This document shows positions 16,857-25,439 of a stretch of DNA of 30,701 nt, in pieces. Made by a program: the position numbers and the translations under genes. Each line of letters starts with the position of its first letter. The stretch's first letter is position 1. Below the pieces are notes generated by a model. It worked only from the letters and a program-made list of their open reading frames with translations. It ran no database searches and was not told the origin of the DNA. Source of the stretch: Candidatus Dormiibacterota bacterium (GTDB lineage Bacteria > Chloroflexota > Dormibacteria > CF-121); the NCBI GenBank assembly GCA_036403615.1, contig DASWQQ010000173.1, positions 1 through 30,701 on the forward strand. Reading direction: 5' to 3'.

Positions 16857-18278
16857 GTGAAAACCAAGGCGCCGCGGACCGTTTATGCCTGCCAGCAGTG
16901 TGGCAACCAATCCTCAAAATGGGTCGGCCGTTGCCCGGAATGTGGCAACTGGAACAGTTACGTAGAGGAGCAGGCGGCCGCGGAGCCCAGCAGATCCACC
17001 CTCCGGCGCCGGACGGTGTCCAGTGCCCAACCCATGCCGCTGGCCGAGGTGCAGTTCACGCAGGCGAACCGGCTACGCCTCGGGATGCGTGAGCTCAGCC
17101 AGGTTCTCGGCGGCGGGATCGTGCCCGGGTCACTCGTGCTCGTCGGGGGCGATCCCGGTATCGGGAAGTCGACCTTGCTGCTCCAGCTGGCGAGCGAAGT
17201 GGCAGCCACCTACGGGCCGGTGCTCTATGTCTCCGGGGAAGAGTCGGTGCAGCAGCTCAAGCTTCGCGCCCAGCGCCTGGGCGTCCACGGGGACCGGCTG
17301 ATGGTGCTCGCCGAAAATGACCTTGAGAGCATCATGGAGCACCTCACCGCTTCCCGTCCGATGATGGCCGTGATCGACTCGATCCAGACCGTCTTCCTGA
17401 ACGGGGTGACGTCGGCACCCGGCAGCGTCAGCCAGGTTCGTGAGTGCGCAGGCCAGCTGATGCTGCTGGCCAAGAGCAGCCAGATTCCGATCTTCCTGGT
17501 GGGCCACGTCAACAAGGAGGGGGCGATCGCCGGACCTCGCGTACTGGAGCACATCGTCGATACCGTCCTCTACCTGGAAGGCGAGCGTCACCACAGCTTC
17601 CGCATCCTCCGGAGCCAGAAGAACCGCTTCGGGTCCACTGACGAGATCGGGGTTTTCGAGATGCTCGACAGCGGCATGAAGGAGGTGGTCGACCCCAGCC
17701 GTGCCTTCCTCCAGGACCGGTCCCTCACCGAGGTCGGCAACGTCGTGCACGTTGCGCTCGAAGGCAGCCGGCCGCTGTTGGTCGAGCTGCAGAGCCTGGT
17801 CAGCCCGACCGCCTTCACACCGCCCCGTAGATCGGTTAACGGCATCGACCTCAACCGGCTTCACATGCTGGTAGCCGTACTCGAGAAGCGCGCCCGCCTC
17901 TCACTGGGGCAGCAGGATATCTTCGTAAACGCGGCCGGCGGGGTCAAGGTGGTCGAACCTGCGGTCGACCTCGCGGTGGCGCTGGCGATCGTCTCCAACG
18001 TACGTAACCTGCCGACAGGCTCAGACCTTGTTGCCATCGGCGAGCTCGGTCTGAGCGGGGAACTGCGCCGAGTTAATCAGATCGAGCGGCGGCTCCTGGA
18101 AGCGCACCGTCTCGGATTCAAGCGCGCCATCATCCCGAGCTCGGCCGAGATCCGGTCAAAGGAGCTGAAAGGAATGGAACTCCGGCGAGCGGATACCATC
18201 CAGGAGGCCATCCGGCTGTGCTTTGGCGAAAACAAGGGCCGGTCCGCGGACTTGCCGCCAGGGCCGGGCCCCAGGTAA
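16857..18278 (+). CDS. radA: DNA repair protein RadA/Sms
   Basis: C4 zinc finger (CQQCG...CPECG), Walker A GGDPGIGKST, KNRFG motif and C-terminal Lon-like domain (GELGLSGELR). TATAGT lies 12 nt upstream. Confidence 0.97.
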   Translation: MKTKAPRTVYACQQCGNQSSKWVGRCPECGNWNSYVEEQAAAEPSRSTLRRRTVSSAQPMPLAEVQFTQANRLRLGMRELSQVLGGGIVPGSLVLVGGDPGIGKSTLLLQLASEVAATYGPVLYVSGEESVQQLKLRAQRLGVHGDRLMVLAENDLESIMEHLTASRPMMAVIDSIQTVFLNGVTSAPGSVSQVRECAGQLMLLAKSSQIPIFLVGHVNKEGAIAGPRVLEHIVDTVLYLEGERHHSFRILRSQKNRFGSTDEIGVFEMLDSGMKEVVDPSRAFLQDRSLTEVGNVVHVALEGSRPLLVELQSLVSPTAFTPPRRSVNGIDLNRLHMLVAVLEKRARLSLGQQDIFVNAAGGVKVVEPAVDLAVALAIVSNVRNLPTGSDLVAIGELGLSGELRRVNQIERRLLEAHRLGFKRAIIPSSAEIRSKELKGMELRRADTIQEAIRLCFGENKGRSADLPPGPGPR

Positions 18279-18612
18279 AGGCGTTGGCGCAATTAGGCGC
18301 CCTGGGCGACACCGCCGCGGCTGCCCTGCGAGACAGCCGAAAGCACCTCCGGTTGATTTCGGCCACAACCTGCTCCTCGGTTTGGCCCGCGGTGAAGTCC
18401 ATCACGTGCTTGAGGCAGGCGCCGTTGAAGGCGGGGGCGGTGAGTTCGGCCTTCGGAGCTGCTGGGGCCGGGGTCGAGGCTCTCGCCGCGGCGGGACCGG
18501 TAAGGGCCATGACCGCCAGCCCGGCCAGAAGCAGCCAGAGGAGTGGCTCCGCCAGGTGGCGGATCTTCGGGGTTTTGCGACGGCCGGGCCACAATGCTGG
18601 CGCGATTTTCAT
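18130..18612 (-). CDS. Hypothetical secreted/membrane-anchored protein with four Cys; overlaps the 3' end of radA
   Basis: Basic N-terminus, hydrophobic stretch and AxA cleavage-like site; GC-rich third positions; occupies the otherwise empty gap between radA and yacL. Confidence 0.6.
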   Translation of the reverse strand: MKIAPALWPGRRKTPKIRHLAEPLLWLLLAGLAVMALTGPAAARASTPAPAAPKAELTAPAFNGACLKHVMDFTAGQTEEQVVAEINRRCFRLSRRAAAAVSPRAPNCANAFTWGPALAASPRTGPCFRQSTAGWPPGWYPLAGVPFLSAPLTGSRPSSG

Positions 18613-18699
18613 GCTTTAATTAGCGCACGATGGCTGCTGTCTTCGCTCACCTGATGTTTGTCTTCGGATCGCCAATCCTGGAACAAGGAGGTGATCTGA

Positions 18700-19818
18700 A
18701 TGCGCGTGGAACGGGTCTTCCGGCTTCTTGGCCTTTTGTTGGGACTTATAGCGGGCGTGGAATACGCCTCATTCATCCTCTCGGAAGCAAGCATCCACGG
18801 CTACACGCTGCGAGCGGTCGTTCTCCTGCTGACCGCACTGGCCGGCGCGCTCTTCGGCTTCTTCGGGCTACCCTACGTCACGACCAAGCCCTTCTTCTGG
18901 CTCGAAGATAAGCTAAACGTCACCCCGCTACCCGACCTGGTAGCGGCGACCGTCGGTCTTCTGGTCGGATTGCTTCTGGCCGCCCTGGTCGGGCTGTTCC
19001 TGGCCAAGCTGCCCTGGTACCTGGGCTTCGTGATCTCCCTGATGGTCGCCCTCGTCTTCGCCTACTGGGGCGTCACGCTCGGCCTCAACCGGCGCAACGA
19101 GATGATGGCACTGGTCCTCGGGCCAGCTCGAGCGGCTGGCGCCGTGGGCAGCCGGCCGCAGGCCGCCACCGTGCTGCTCGATACCAGCGTCATCATCGAT
19201 GGGCGGATCATGGACATCGCTCAGACCGGTTTCCTTCGCGATCATATGCTGGTACCGCATTTCGTCCTCGCCGAGTTGCAGTACATCGCCGACTCCAGCG
19301 ACACGCTGCGACGCAATCGTGGGCGCCGCGGCCTCGAGGTACTGAACCTGCTGCAGAAGGAGCCCCTGGTCGATATCGAGTTCACCGACGATGACGTACC
19401 CGACGTCCCGGAGGTCGATATCAAGCTGATTCGCCTTGCCCGTATCCGGGGCGCCGCCATCATGACCAATGACTACAACCTGAACCGGGTGGCCCAGCTG
19501 GAAGGAGTAAAGGTCCTCAACTTGAACACGCTGGCCAACGCGCTCAAGCCGGTGGTCATCCCCGGTGAGGAGATGAACGTCCAGTTGATCAAGGATGGCA
19601 AGGAACCGAACCAGGGAGTCGGCTACCTGGATGACGGCACCATGATCGTTGTCGAGAACGGCCGCAAGTACATGAACCAGACGATCGGAGTGGTTGTCAC
19701 GTCGGTACTCCAGACGGCGGCCGGGCGGATGATCTTCGCCACGCCGGCGAGTGAGTCGACGCTCGAGCGACGGCCCAAGCCTTTACGCAAGATCCAGGGC
19801 GGAAGCTCCAGTCACTAA
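18700..19818 (+). CDS. Membrane-bound PIN/TRAM domain protein (YacL family)
   Basis: Four N-terminal TM helices, PIN motifs LLDTSVIIDGR, ELQ, RGRRGL and TNDYNL, TRAM motif QGVGYLDDGTMIVVE; RBS AAGGAGGTG. Confidence 0.93.
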   Translation: MRVERVFRLLGLLLGLIAGVEYASFILSEASIHGYTLRAVVLLLTALAGALFGFFGLPYVTTKPFFWLEDKLNVTPLPDLVAATVGLLVGLLLAALVGLFLAKLPWYLGFVISLMVALVFAYWGVTLGLNRRNEMMALVLGPARAAGAVGSRPQAATVLLDTSVIIDGRIMDIAQTGFLRDHMLVPHFVLAELQYIADSSDTLRRNRGRRGLEVLNLLQKEPLVDIEFTDDDVPDVPEVDIKLIRLARIRGAAIMTNDYNLNRVAQLEGVKVLNLNTLANALKPVVIPGEEMNVQLIKDGKEPNQGVGYLDDGTMIVVENGRKYMNQTIGVVVTSVLQTAAGRMIFATPASESTLERRPKPLRKIQGGSSSH

Positions 19819-20185
19819 ACCGGTCGTTGTAAGGGTCGACTCCGGACCTGGCTTCATCGAAGAACTTCGCCTGGCGGCAGTTGCTTCCGCAGACGCGACC
19901 CGCTTCGTGATCGGGCGGCGCGAAGCCCCTGCCGAAGCCCTGGCCTCCGCGGAGCCGGTGGTAGCCGTCGGGCAGCCGGTGCGTGATACCTGCAAGGAAG
20001 TGGTCGAAGGAATAGCCCGCCGAACGGTTCCCCGTGAGTCGCTCGTCGAGCTCACCGGACCCTGGCTTTTCTCAAATGCCGCGCTGCGCGGAGCGCTGGA
20101 TCGAGTTGGGGAAGCCGCCCCCGAGGACCCGCTCGCGCTCTGCCGCGTCGCCGGTCTTCGCATTCGCGTCATCCTGGCTGGATGA
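19751..20185 (+). CDS. Truncated IspD-like protein retaining the beta-arm (start codon uncertain; could be a pseudogene)
   Basis: PVRDTCKEVVEGIARRTVPRESLV matches the IspD beta-arm consensus PVxDTxK...TxxRxxL. No N-terminal GxGxR loop, HD or NxK motif. The stop overlaps the next ATG (ATGA). Confidence 0.6.
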   Translation: MSRRSSDGPSLYARSRAEAPVTKPVVVRVDSGPGFIEELRLAAVASADATRFVIGRREAPAEALASAEPVVAVGQPVRDTCKEVVEGIARRTVPRESLVELTGPWLFSNAALRGALDRVGEAAPEDPLALCRVAGLRIRVILAG

Positions 20186-20862
20186 CTGTCGCGGCGGTGA
20201 TCGTCGCGGGCGGTCGTGGCACCCGCATGAAGGCGAACGTCAACAAGGTATTTCTCGAGGTGGGAGGCCGTCCCATCATCGAGTGGTCGCTTGCGCTCTT
20301 TGAACAGGCCAGGAGTGTGGAGACTGTCGTAGTGGTGGCCCAGCCCGCCGATATCGCCGGCTACCAGTCCCTCATCTCCCGCTTTCCCAAGGTGGCGCGA
20401 GTCGTGCCCGGTGGCGACCTGCGCCATCGGTCCGAGTTCGCAGGCGTGGCGGCGCTCTCGGGCCGCATCGACGCCGGCGAGATCGATCACGTGCTGGTAC
20501 ACGACGCCGTTCGCCCTTTTGCGACGCGGCGGTTGGTCGAGCGTCTGCTGGCAGCGATGCCCGATGTCCAGGCCTGCATCCCGGGCCTGCCGCTACCCGC
20601 CTCGGCCGTAGTGGCAACTGATGGCTGGGTCACCGGCTTCCCCAATGGGCTGTGGTGTGTTCAGACACCGCAGGCTGCCGACGCCACCTGGTTGCTGGAG
20701 GCTCACAACAGGGCGGCTCGGGCCGGCTTTGTTGGCACCGATACTGCTTCCGTAATCGAGTGGGCGGGTGGCGAGGTCCGCGTCATCACGGGCGAGCCGG
20801 ACAACATCAAGATCACGACGCCGGCCGACCTTCTCCTGGCCGAGGCAATCGCCGGGCGCTAA
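20182..20862 (+). CDS. IspD/TarI-family cytidylyltransferase (CTP-binding core intact, beta-arm motif absent)
   Basis: AGGRGTRM...NK, GGDLRHRS, HDAVRP, QTPQ and NIKITTPADL. Confidence 0.88.
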   Translation: MTVAAVIVAGGRGTRMKANVNKVFLEVGGRPIIEWSLALFEQARSVETVVVVAQPADIAGYQSLISRFPKVARVVPGGDLRHRSEFAGVAALSGRIDAGEIDHVLVHDAVRPFATRRLVERLLAAMPDVQACIPGLPLPASAVVATDGWVTGFPNGLWCVQTPQAADATWLLEAHNRAARAGFVGTDTASVIEWAGGEVRVITGEPDNIKITTPADLLLAEAIAGR

Positions 20863-22013
20863 GGCGTGACGCGGCGGCTCAAGCCGTGCAGCATCAGGAG
20901 GGCGATCGCGAGTACGGTCAGGATTGGTCCCAAGAGCCGCAGACCGAACACCTGCAAGAAGACACCGATGACCGCCGGAAACCCGCCGGCGCCGAGCGTT
21001 CCGGCCGCCAGCTGGTAGCCAACGGCATGGGCCGTCATGCCACGTCCGAGCCGGACCGGCGTGAGGGACAGAAGCAGCGGAAAGATGACGCTGACGGACA
21101 GTCCTAGCAACGGCAGAGCGATGAAGGCCGAGACGAGTGGGGGAGCGAGCCAGAAAGACAGCGTGCCGATCAGCACGGTGCTGAGGCAAACGTCGAGCAG
21201 GCGGTTGGCATCGAGGCGATGGCCCAGCATGCCGAGTCCCATCCGTCCGGCCGCCAGGCTGATCCAGAATAGTGACAGGCTCAGGCCGGCGGTGTTGGCA
21301 GAGAGGGAGCGTCCCGAGGTGAGGTGGGTAAAGGACCAATCGCCCGTCGCCCCTTCGATCCCACTTCCCAGGAGAAAGACACCCACCAGCAGGATCAGGA
21401 GTCGCCGGCGATTCGATGTTGCCTTTTGGCCTGCCGACTGCAGTCCAGGGGCTTCCGCGGGGACCACTCCGCGCGGCCAGCCGACCAGGACGCCAACGCC
21501 CGCAAAGAGGATCGCCATGGCGAGAAAAGCGCCACGCCATGAGCCGGTGGCCCGCAGCGACCCCACGACCACCGGGGGACCGAGGGCGGCGCCCACTGCC
21601 CATGACGCGTGCAGCCAACCCATGAAGCGCACCCCCCGGGTGAGCGACACCTGTGCGTTGACGGTCGCGTCGATCAGCCCCGACCCGACGCCCACCAGCA
21701 GGCTGGCGGCCGCCAGGACCACCAGGTTTGAGGCGACGGCAAACCCGAGCGTGCCCGCGCCGGCCGTCGCGCAGGCGGCCATCAACAAGACCGGGGTCCT
21801 CACGCGGGTGCTGAGTGCGCCGGTCGCGGTGCTGACCACGAAATAGGCCGCCGTCCAGCCGGCGATAACGATTCCCAGCCCTGATAGTGGGGCCTCCAGG
21901 GAGACTCGCATGTACGGCCAGGCGACGCCGATCGCGCCGGCCGGAAGGCCCAGGCCGATGAAGGAGAGAAGGGGGGTCAGAACCTCGAGCGTGGCGGCCC
22001 GGCGTCCGATCAC
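20859..22013 (-). CDS. MFS transporter
   Basis: About 12 hydrophobic helices with MFS-like spacing (G.LIDATVN, LHASWAVGAALGP, GRMGLG); GTG start. Confidence 0.88.
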   Translation of the reverse strand: MIGRRAATLEVLTPLLSFIGLGLPAGAIGVAWPYMRVSLEAPLSGLGIVIAGWTAAYFVVSTATGALSTRVRTPVLLMAACATAGAGTLGFAVASNLVVLAAASLLVGVGSGLIDATVNAQVSLTRGVRFMGWLHASWAVGAALGPPVVVGSLRATGSWRGAFLAMAILFAGVGVLVGWPRGVVPAEAPGLQSAGQKATSNRRRLLILLVGVFLLGSGIEGATGDWSFTHLTSGRSLSANTAGLSLSLFWISLAAGRMGLGMLGHRLDANRLLDVCLSTVLIGTLSFWLAPPLVSAFIALPLLGLSVSVIFPLLLSLTPVRLGRGMTAHAVGYQLAAGTLGAGGFPAVIGVFLQVFGLRLLGPILTVLAIALLMLHGLSRRVTP

Positions 22014-22086
22014 CCGGCGATTATCCTTTCTGGATCGGTTCGCCTTGAGTAACTCCCAAACCGGCTGAATCTGGACTCCCCCGCCG

Positions 22087-22092
22087 TATACT
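22087..22092 (+). promoter_or_regulatory. -10 element TATACT upstream of the ispD-ispF-cysS-rlmB operon
   Basis: Near-consensus hexamer 36 nt before GTG 22129; no convincing -35. Confidence 0.45.
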
Positions 22093-22128
22093 TCAACCCA
22101 CCAAATCGACTAGACAAAGGGGTGAGGT

Positions 22129-22827
22129 GTGGAGGTACAAGCGATCATTCCGGCCGCCGGGGCCGGGCTTCACAACGGGGAGTCCAGTGCCAGGGTTCTG
22201 ATGTCGGTCGGTGGCCGTTCCCTCATACGCCGTACGCTCGAAGCGTTCGATCACTTTCCCGAAATCACCGGCATTATCGTGATGGTCTCCCAGCGCAATC
22301 TCCTCCAGGTCACGCGCGAACTCGAGTCGGATGGCTGGCGGAAGCCGATCGACATCCAGCTTGGCGGCGAGCGGCGCCAGGATTCGGTCCGTCTCGGGCT
22401 GGAGAGCCTGCGGCAGAGTCCCCCTGACTTCGTATTGATTCATGACGGTGCCCGGCCGCTTGTAACCGACGAGTTGATCCACCAGGGCCTGGAAACGGCG
22501 CGCGAATTTGGCGCGGCGACCGCCGCCGTGCCTGTCCGCCATACCTACAAGCACGTCGACACCTCCGGCTTCGTTCACGGCACTGTCGAGCGGGCCGACT
22601 TGATGCAGGTCCAGACCCCGCAGGTCTTTCGCTACGACTGGATCCTGGAGGCCCATGAGAAGGCGGTACGCGAGGGGATCGTCGTCGAGGATGACGCTGA
22701 ACTGATCGAGAAGCTGGGCAAGCCGGTCAAGGTCTACTCAGGCTCCTATGGCAACCTCAAGGTCGCGACCCACGAGGATGCACTGATGGTCGAGGCCCTG
22801 CTTGCCGCCGGCCCCGTGTGCGTGTAG
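22129..22827 (+). CDS. ispD: 2-C-methyl-D-erythritol 4-phosphate cytidylyltransferase-like protein with altered CTP-binding loop
   Basis: GGERRQDSV, HDGARPL, QTPQVF and NLK; sits directly before ispF. The N-terminal loop reads AAGAGLHNG...AR instead of AAGxGxRM...PK. Confidence 0.8.
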   Translation: MEVQAIIPAAGAGLHNGESSARVLMSVGGRSLIRRTLEAFDHFPEITGIIVMVSQRNLLQVTRELESDGWRKPIDIQLGGERRQDSVRLGLESLRQSPPDFVLIHDGARPLVTDELIHQGLETAREFGAATAAVPVRHTYKHVDTSGFVHGTVERADLMQVQTPQVFRYDWILEAHEKAVREGIVVEDDAELIEKLGKPVKVYSGSYGNLKVATHEDALMVEALLAAGPVCV

Positions 22828-23294
22828 GTAGCGGTTTCGATCTACACCGGCTGGAGGTCGGCCGGCCGCTGGTCCTTGGTGGCGTCGAGCTTCCCTGGGA
22901 TCTGGGGTTGAGCGGCCACAGCGATGCGGACGTCATCTGCCACGCGCTGATCGATGCGCTCTGCGGCGCCGCCGGAATCGGCGACATCGGCACCCTTTTC
23001 CCGGACACCGACGCGGCTTACAAGGATGCCCGCAGCCTCGACCTGCTGCGCGAGGTGGCGGAGCACTGCCGTCGAGCCCGCTGGGTGGTGGAGAACGCGG
23101 ACGTCACCCTGATTGCCCAGGCGCCGAAGGTGGCCCCTTATCGAGAGGCAATTCGTAGCAACCTCGCCGCGGCCCTCGGCGTCGACACCGCCGCAGTCGG
23201 CGTCAAGGGCACCACGACCGATCACGTGGGGGCGATCGGCCGAGGGGAGGCGCTGGCGGCGCAGGCGGTGGTCCTGCTGCGCGAGCTGCCATGA
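22818..23294 (+). CDS. ispF: 2-C-methyl-D-erythritol 2,4-cyclodiphosphate synthase
   Basis: RVGSGFDLH, GHSDADV..HA..DAL, GDIG..FP and VKGTT. Confidence 0.96.
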   Translation: MRVGSGFDLHRLEVGRPLVLGGVELPWDLGLSGHSDADVICHALIDALCGAAGIGDIGTLFPDTDAAYKDARSLDLLREVAEHCRRARWVVENADVTLIAQAPKVAPYREAIRSNLAAALGVDTAAVGVKGTTTDHVGAIGRGEALAAQAVVLLRELP

Positions 23295-24673
23295 GTGGTC
23301 TGCGCCTGCACAACACCATGTCGGGCGCGATTGAGCCATTCTCGCCCCTCGAGGCAGGCCAGGTCCGGATGTACACCTGCGGCCCTACCGTGCACGACTT
23401 CGTCCACCTCGGCAACTTCCGAACCTTCCTCTTCGAGGACCTGTTGCGCCGCGTCCTGCTGCAGCGTGGCTACCAGGTCACCCAGGTGATGAACCTGACC
23501 GACGTCGAGGATCGGATCATAAAGAAGGCGGCCGACCGCAGCGAAACCATCGATGAATTCACCGAGCCTTACATCGAGGCGTTCTTCCAGGACCTTGCCA
23601 CCCTGTGCATCGAGCGCGCCGAGCAATATCCGCGGGCGACCCACCACATTTTCGAGATGGTGACGCTGATTCAGACGCTCACTGGAAAGGGCCACACCTA
23701 CGTCAGCGATGGGTCGACATACTTTCGAATCGGCACCTTCCCGCGCTACGGCTCGCTGGCCCACCTCGATGTGGGCGGACTCAAGGCGGGCGCACGCGTC
23801 GACGTCGACGACTACGCTAAAGACGATCCCCGGGACTTCGTCCTATGGAAGGCGAGGCAACCCGGCGAGCAGGCGTGGGAGACGCCTCTGGGCGCGGGCC
23901 GACCCGGCTGGCATATCGAATGCTCGGCGATGAGCATGAAGTACCTGGGACAGAGTTTCGACATCCATACCGGCGGGGTCGACAACATCTTTCCCCACCA
24001 CGAGAATGAGATCGCACAGAGCGAGGCCGCTACTGGAAAGCAGTTTGCCCGTTTCTGGCTGCACGCCGAGTTCCTTCAGGACGCCGTCGGAGAGAAGATG
24101 TCCAAGCGGCTGAAGAACTTCACGACGTTACGGGACGTGCTCGCCGAGGGTTATCAACCGCGGGCGATTCGCTTCGCCCTGATGACGGGCGCCCATTACC
24201 GGAGCCAGCTCGCCTTTTCACCCGAACTGCTCAAGAGCGCCGAGAGCGCCGTCAAACGCCTCAACGAGTTCACCCTCCGCCTGGGAACCACCGAAACCGA
24301 GGCGGAGCCGTCGCCAGAGGTCCGCTCGCGCTGGGATGCGGCGCTCGACGAGGACCTCAACTTGCCGTCAGCAGTCGGGCAGCTGTTCGAATTCGTCAAG
24401 GTATTCAACACGCGCATCGAGGCCGGCAACGTATCCGCCGGGGAGCGCGCCGGGGCGATCGCCTTTCTGCGTCACGCCAACCGGGTTCTAGACGTCATCG
24501 AGTTTCCCCGCGGATCGATTGATGCCGAGGTCGAGGCCCTGATCGCTGAGAGGGAGGCGGCCCGCAGGGCGCGCAATTTCGCCCGATCCGACGAGATCCG
24601 CGCTCAGTTGCTGGCAATGGGCATCCAGCTGGAGGACACCAGGGACGGCCCGCGCTGGAAGCGCATCTCTTAG
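23291..24673 (+). CDS. cysS: Cysteine--tRNA ligase
   Basis: [40 protein letters not shown] and C-terminal D.IR..L...GI..ED. Confidence 0.97.
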   Translation: MSGLRLHNTMSGAIEPFSPLEAGQVRMYTCGPTVHDFVHLGNFRTFLFEDLLRRVLLQRGYQVTQVMNLTDVEDRIIKKAADRSETIDEFTEPYIEAFFQDLATLCIERAEQYPRATHHIFEMVTLIQTLTGKGHTYVSDGSTYFRIGTFPRYGSLAHLDVGGLKAGARVDVDDYAKDDPRDFVLWKARQPGEQAWETPLGAGRPGWHIECSAMSMKYLGQSFDIHTGGVDNIFPHHENEIAQSEAATGKQFARFWLHAEFLQDAVGEKMSKRLKNFTTLRDVLAEGYQPRAIRFALMTGAHYRSQLAFSPELLKSAESAVKRLNEFTLRLGTTETEAEPSPEVRSRWDAALDEDLNLPSAVGQLFEFVKVFNTRIEAGNVSAGERAGAIAFLRHANRVLDVIEFPRGSIDAEVEALIAEREAARRARNFARSDEIRAQLLAMGIQLEDTRDGPRWKRIS

Positions 24674-24683
24674 AGGCACCGGC

Positions 24684-25439
24684 ATGCCCCGCCCGCCCGA
24701 CATCATTTACGGCCGCAACCCGGTACTGGAGGCGTTCAAAGCCGGCCGCCAGGTTCGGCGGCTCCTGCTCGCGGACAACCTGCGCGAGGAGCCGCGTCTG
24801 AAGGAGATCCGGCGCCTGGCCGCCCGGCAAGCGCTGAATATCGAGTCAGCGCAGAGGCGCCAGTTGGACGACATCGCCCACTCCGAAGCCCACCAGGGTG
24901 TAGTTGCATACGTCGGCCGGCGTAAATACTGGGATCTCGAGGAGATGGCGAGGGAGGCTCTAGCCGAACGGAACGAAGCTGTCCTGCTGATGCTGGACAG
25001 CCTGCAGGATCCCCAGAACCTTGGAACGCTCAGCCGCACGGCGGAGGCAACCGGCGTTGGTGGCATCATCCTCTCCCACAACCGCTCCCCGGAGATCACG
25101 CCGGCGGTGGTCAAGGCTTCGGCAGGCGCAGCCGAACACCTCCGCTACGCCCAGGTCGCCAACCTGGCCCAGGCAACTGATGTGCTCAAGCGGCTTGGCT
25201 TCTGGATCCTCGGGCTTGCCGGGGAGGGCGGCACGCTTTACACCGAGTTCGATTTCCGCCGGCCGCTGCTGTTGATCGTGGGGGCGGAGGGCGAGGGGAT
25301 GCACCAACTGCTCCGCAAAAAGTGCGACGCCATGCTTCGCCTGCCGATGCTCGGCCGTGTCGGTTCGCTCAACGCCGCCGTAGCCGGTTCGGTGCTGCTC
25401 TACGAGATCGTTCGCCAGCGGGGTGGTCCGGCTACGTGA
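24684..25439 (+). CDS. rlmB: 23S rRNA (guanosine-2'-O)-methyltransferase RlmB, TrmH/SpoU family
   Basis: IYGRNPVLEA, HQGVVA, QDPQNLG..R, GAEGEG and SLNAAVA. Confidence 0.93.
   Translation: MPRPPDIIYGRNPVLEAFKAGRQVRRLLLADNLREEPRLKEIRRLAARQALNIESAQRRQLDDIAHSEAHQGVVAYVGRRKYWDLEEMAREALAERNEAVLLMLDSLQDPQNLGTLSRTAEATGVGGIILSHNRSPEITPAVVKASAGAAEHLRYAQVANLAQATDVLKRLGFWILGLAGEGGTLYTEFDFRRPLLLIVGAEGEGMHQLLRKKCDAMLRLPMLGRVGSLNAAVAGSVLLYEIVRQRGGPAT

Noticed and set aside
5923-22061. Shared 13-mer gtaactccc(t/a)aac in two intergenic regions (5923-5935 and 22049-22061)
   Set aside because: Only two copies; a rough estimate puts a 12/13 match within chance for this amount of intergenic DNA, and no known motif fits.
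22044-22070. CTTGAGT (HspR/HAIR half-site) and GCTGAATC (ydaO-like start)
   Set aside because: Isolated half-motifs without their partner sequences.
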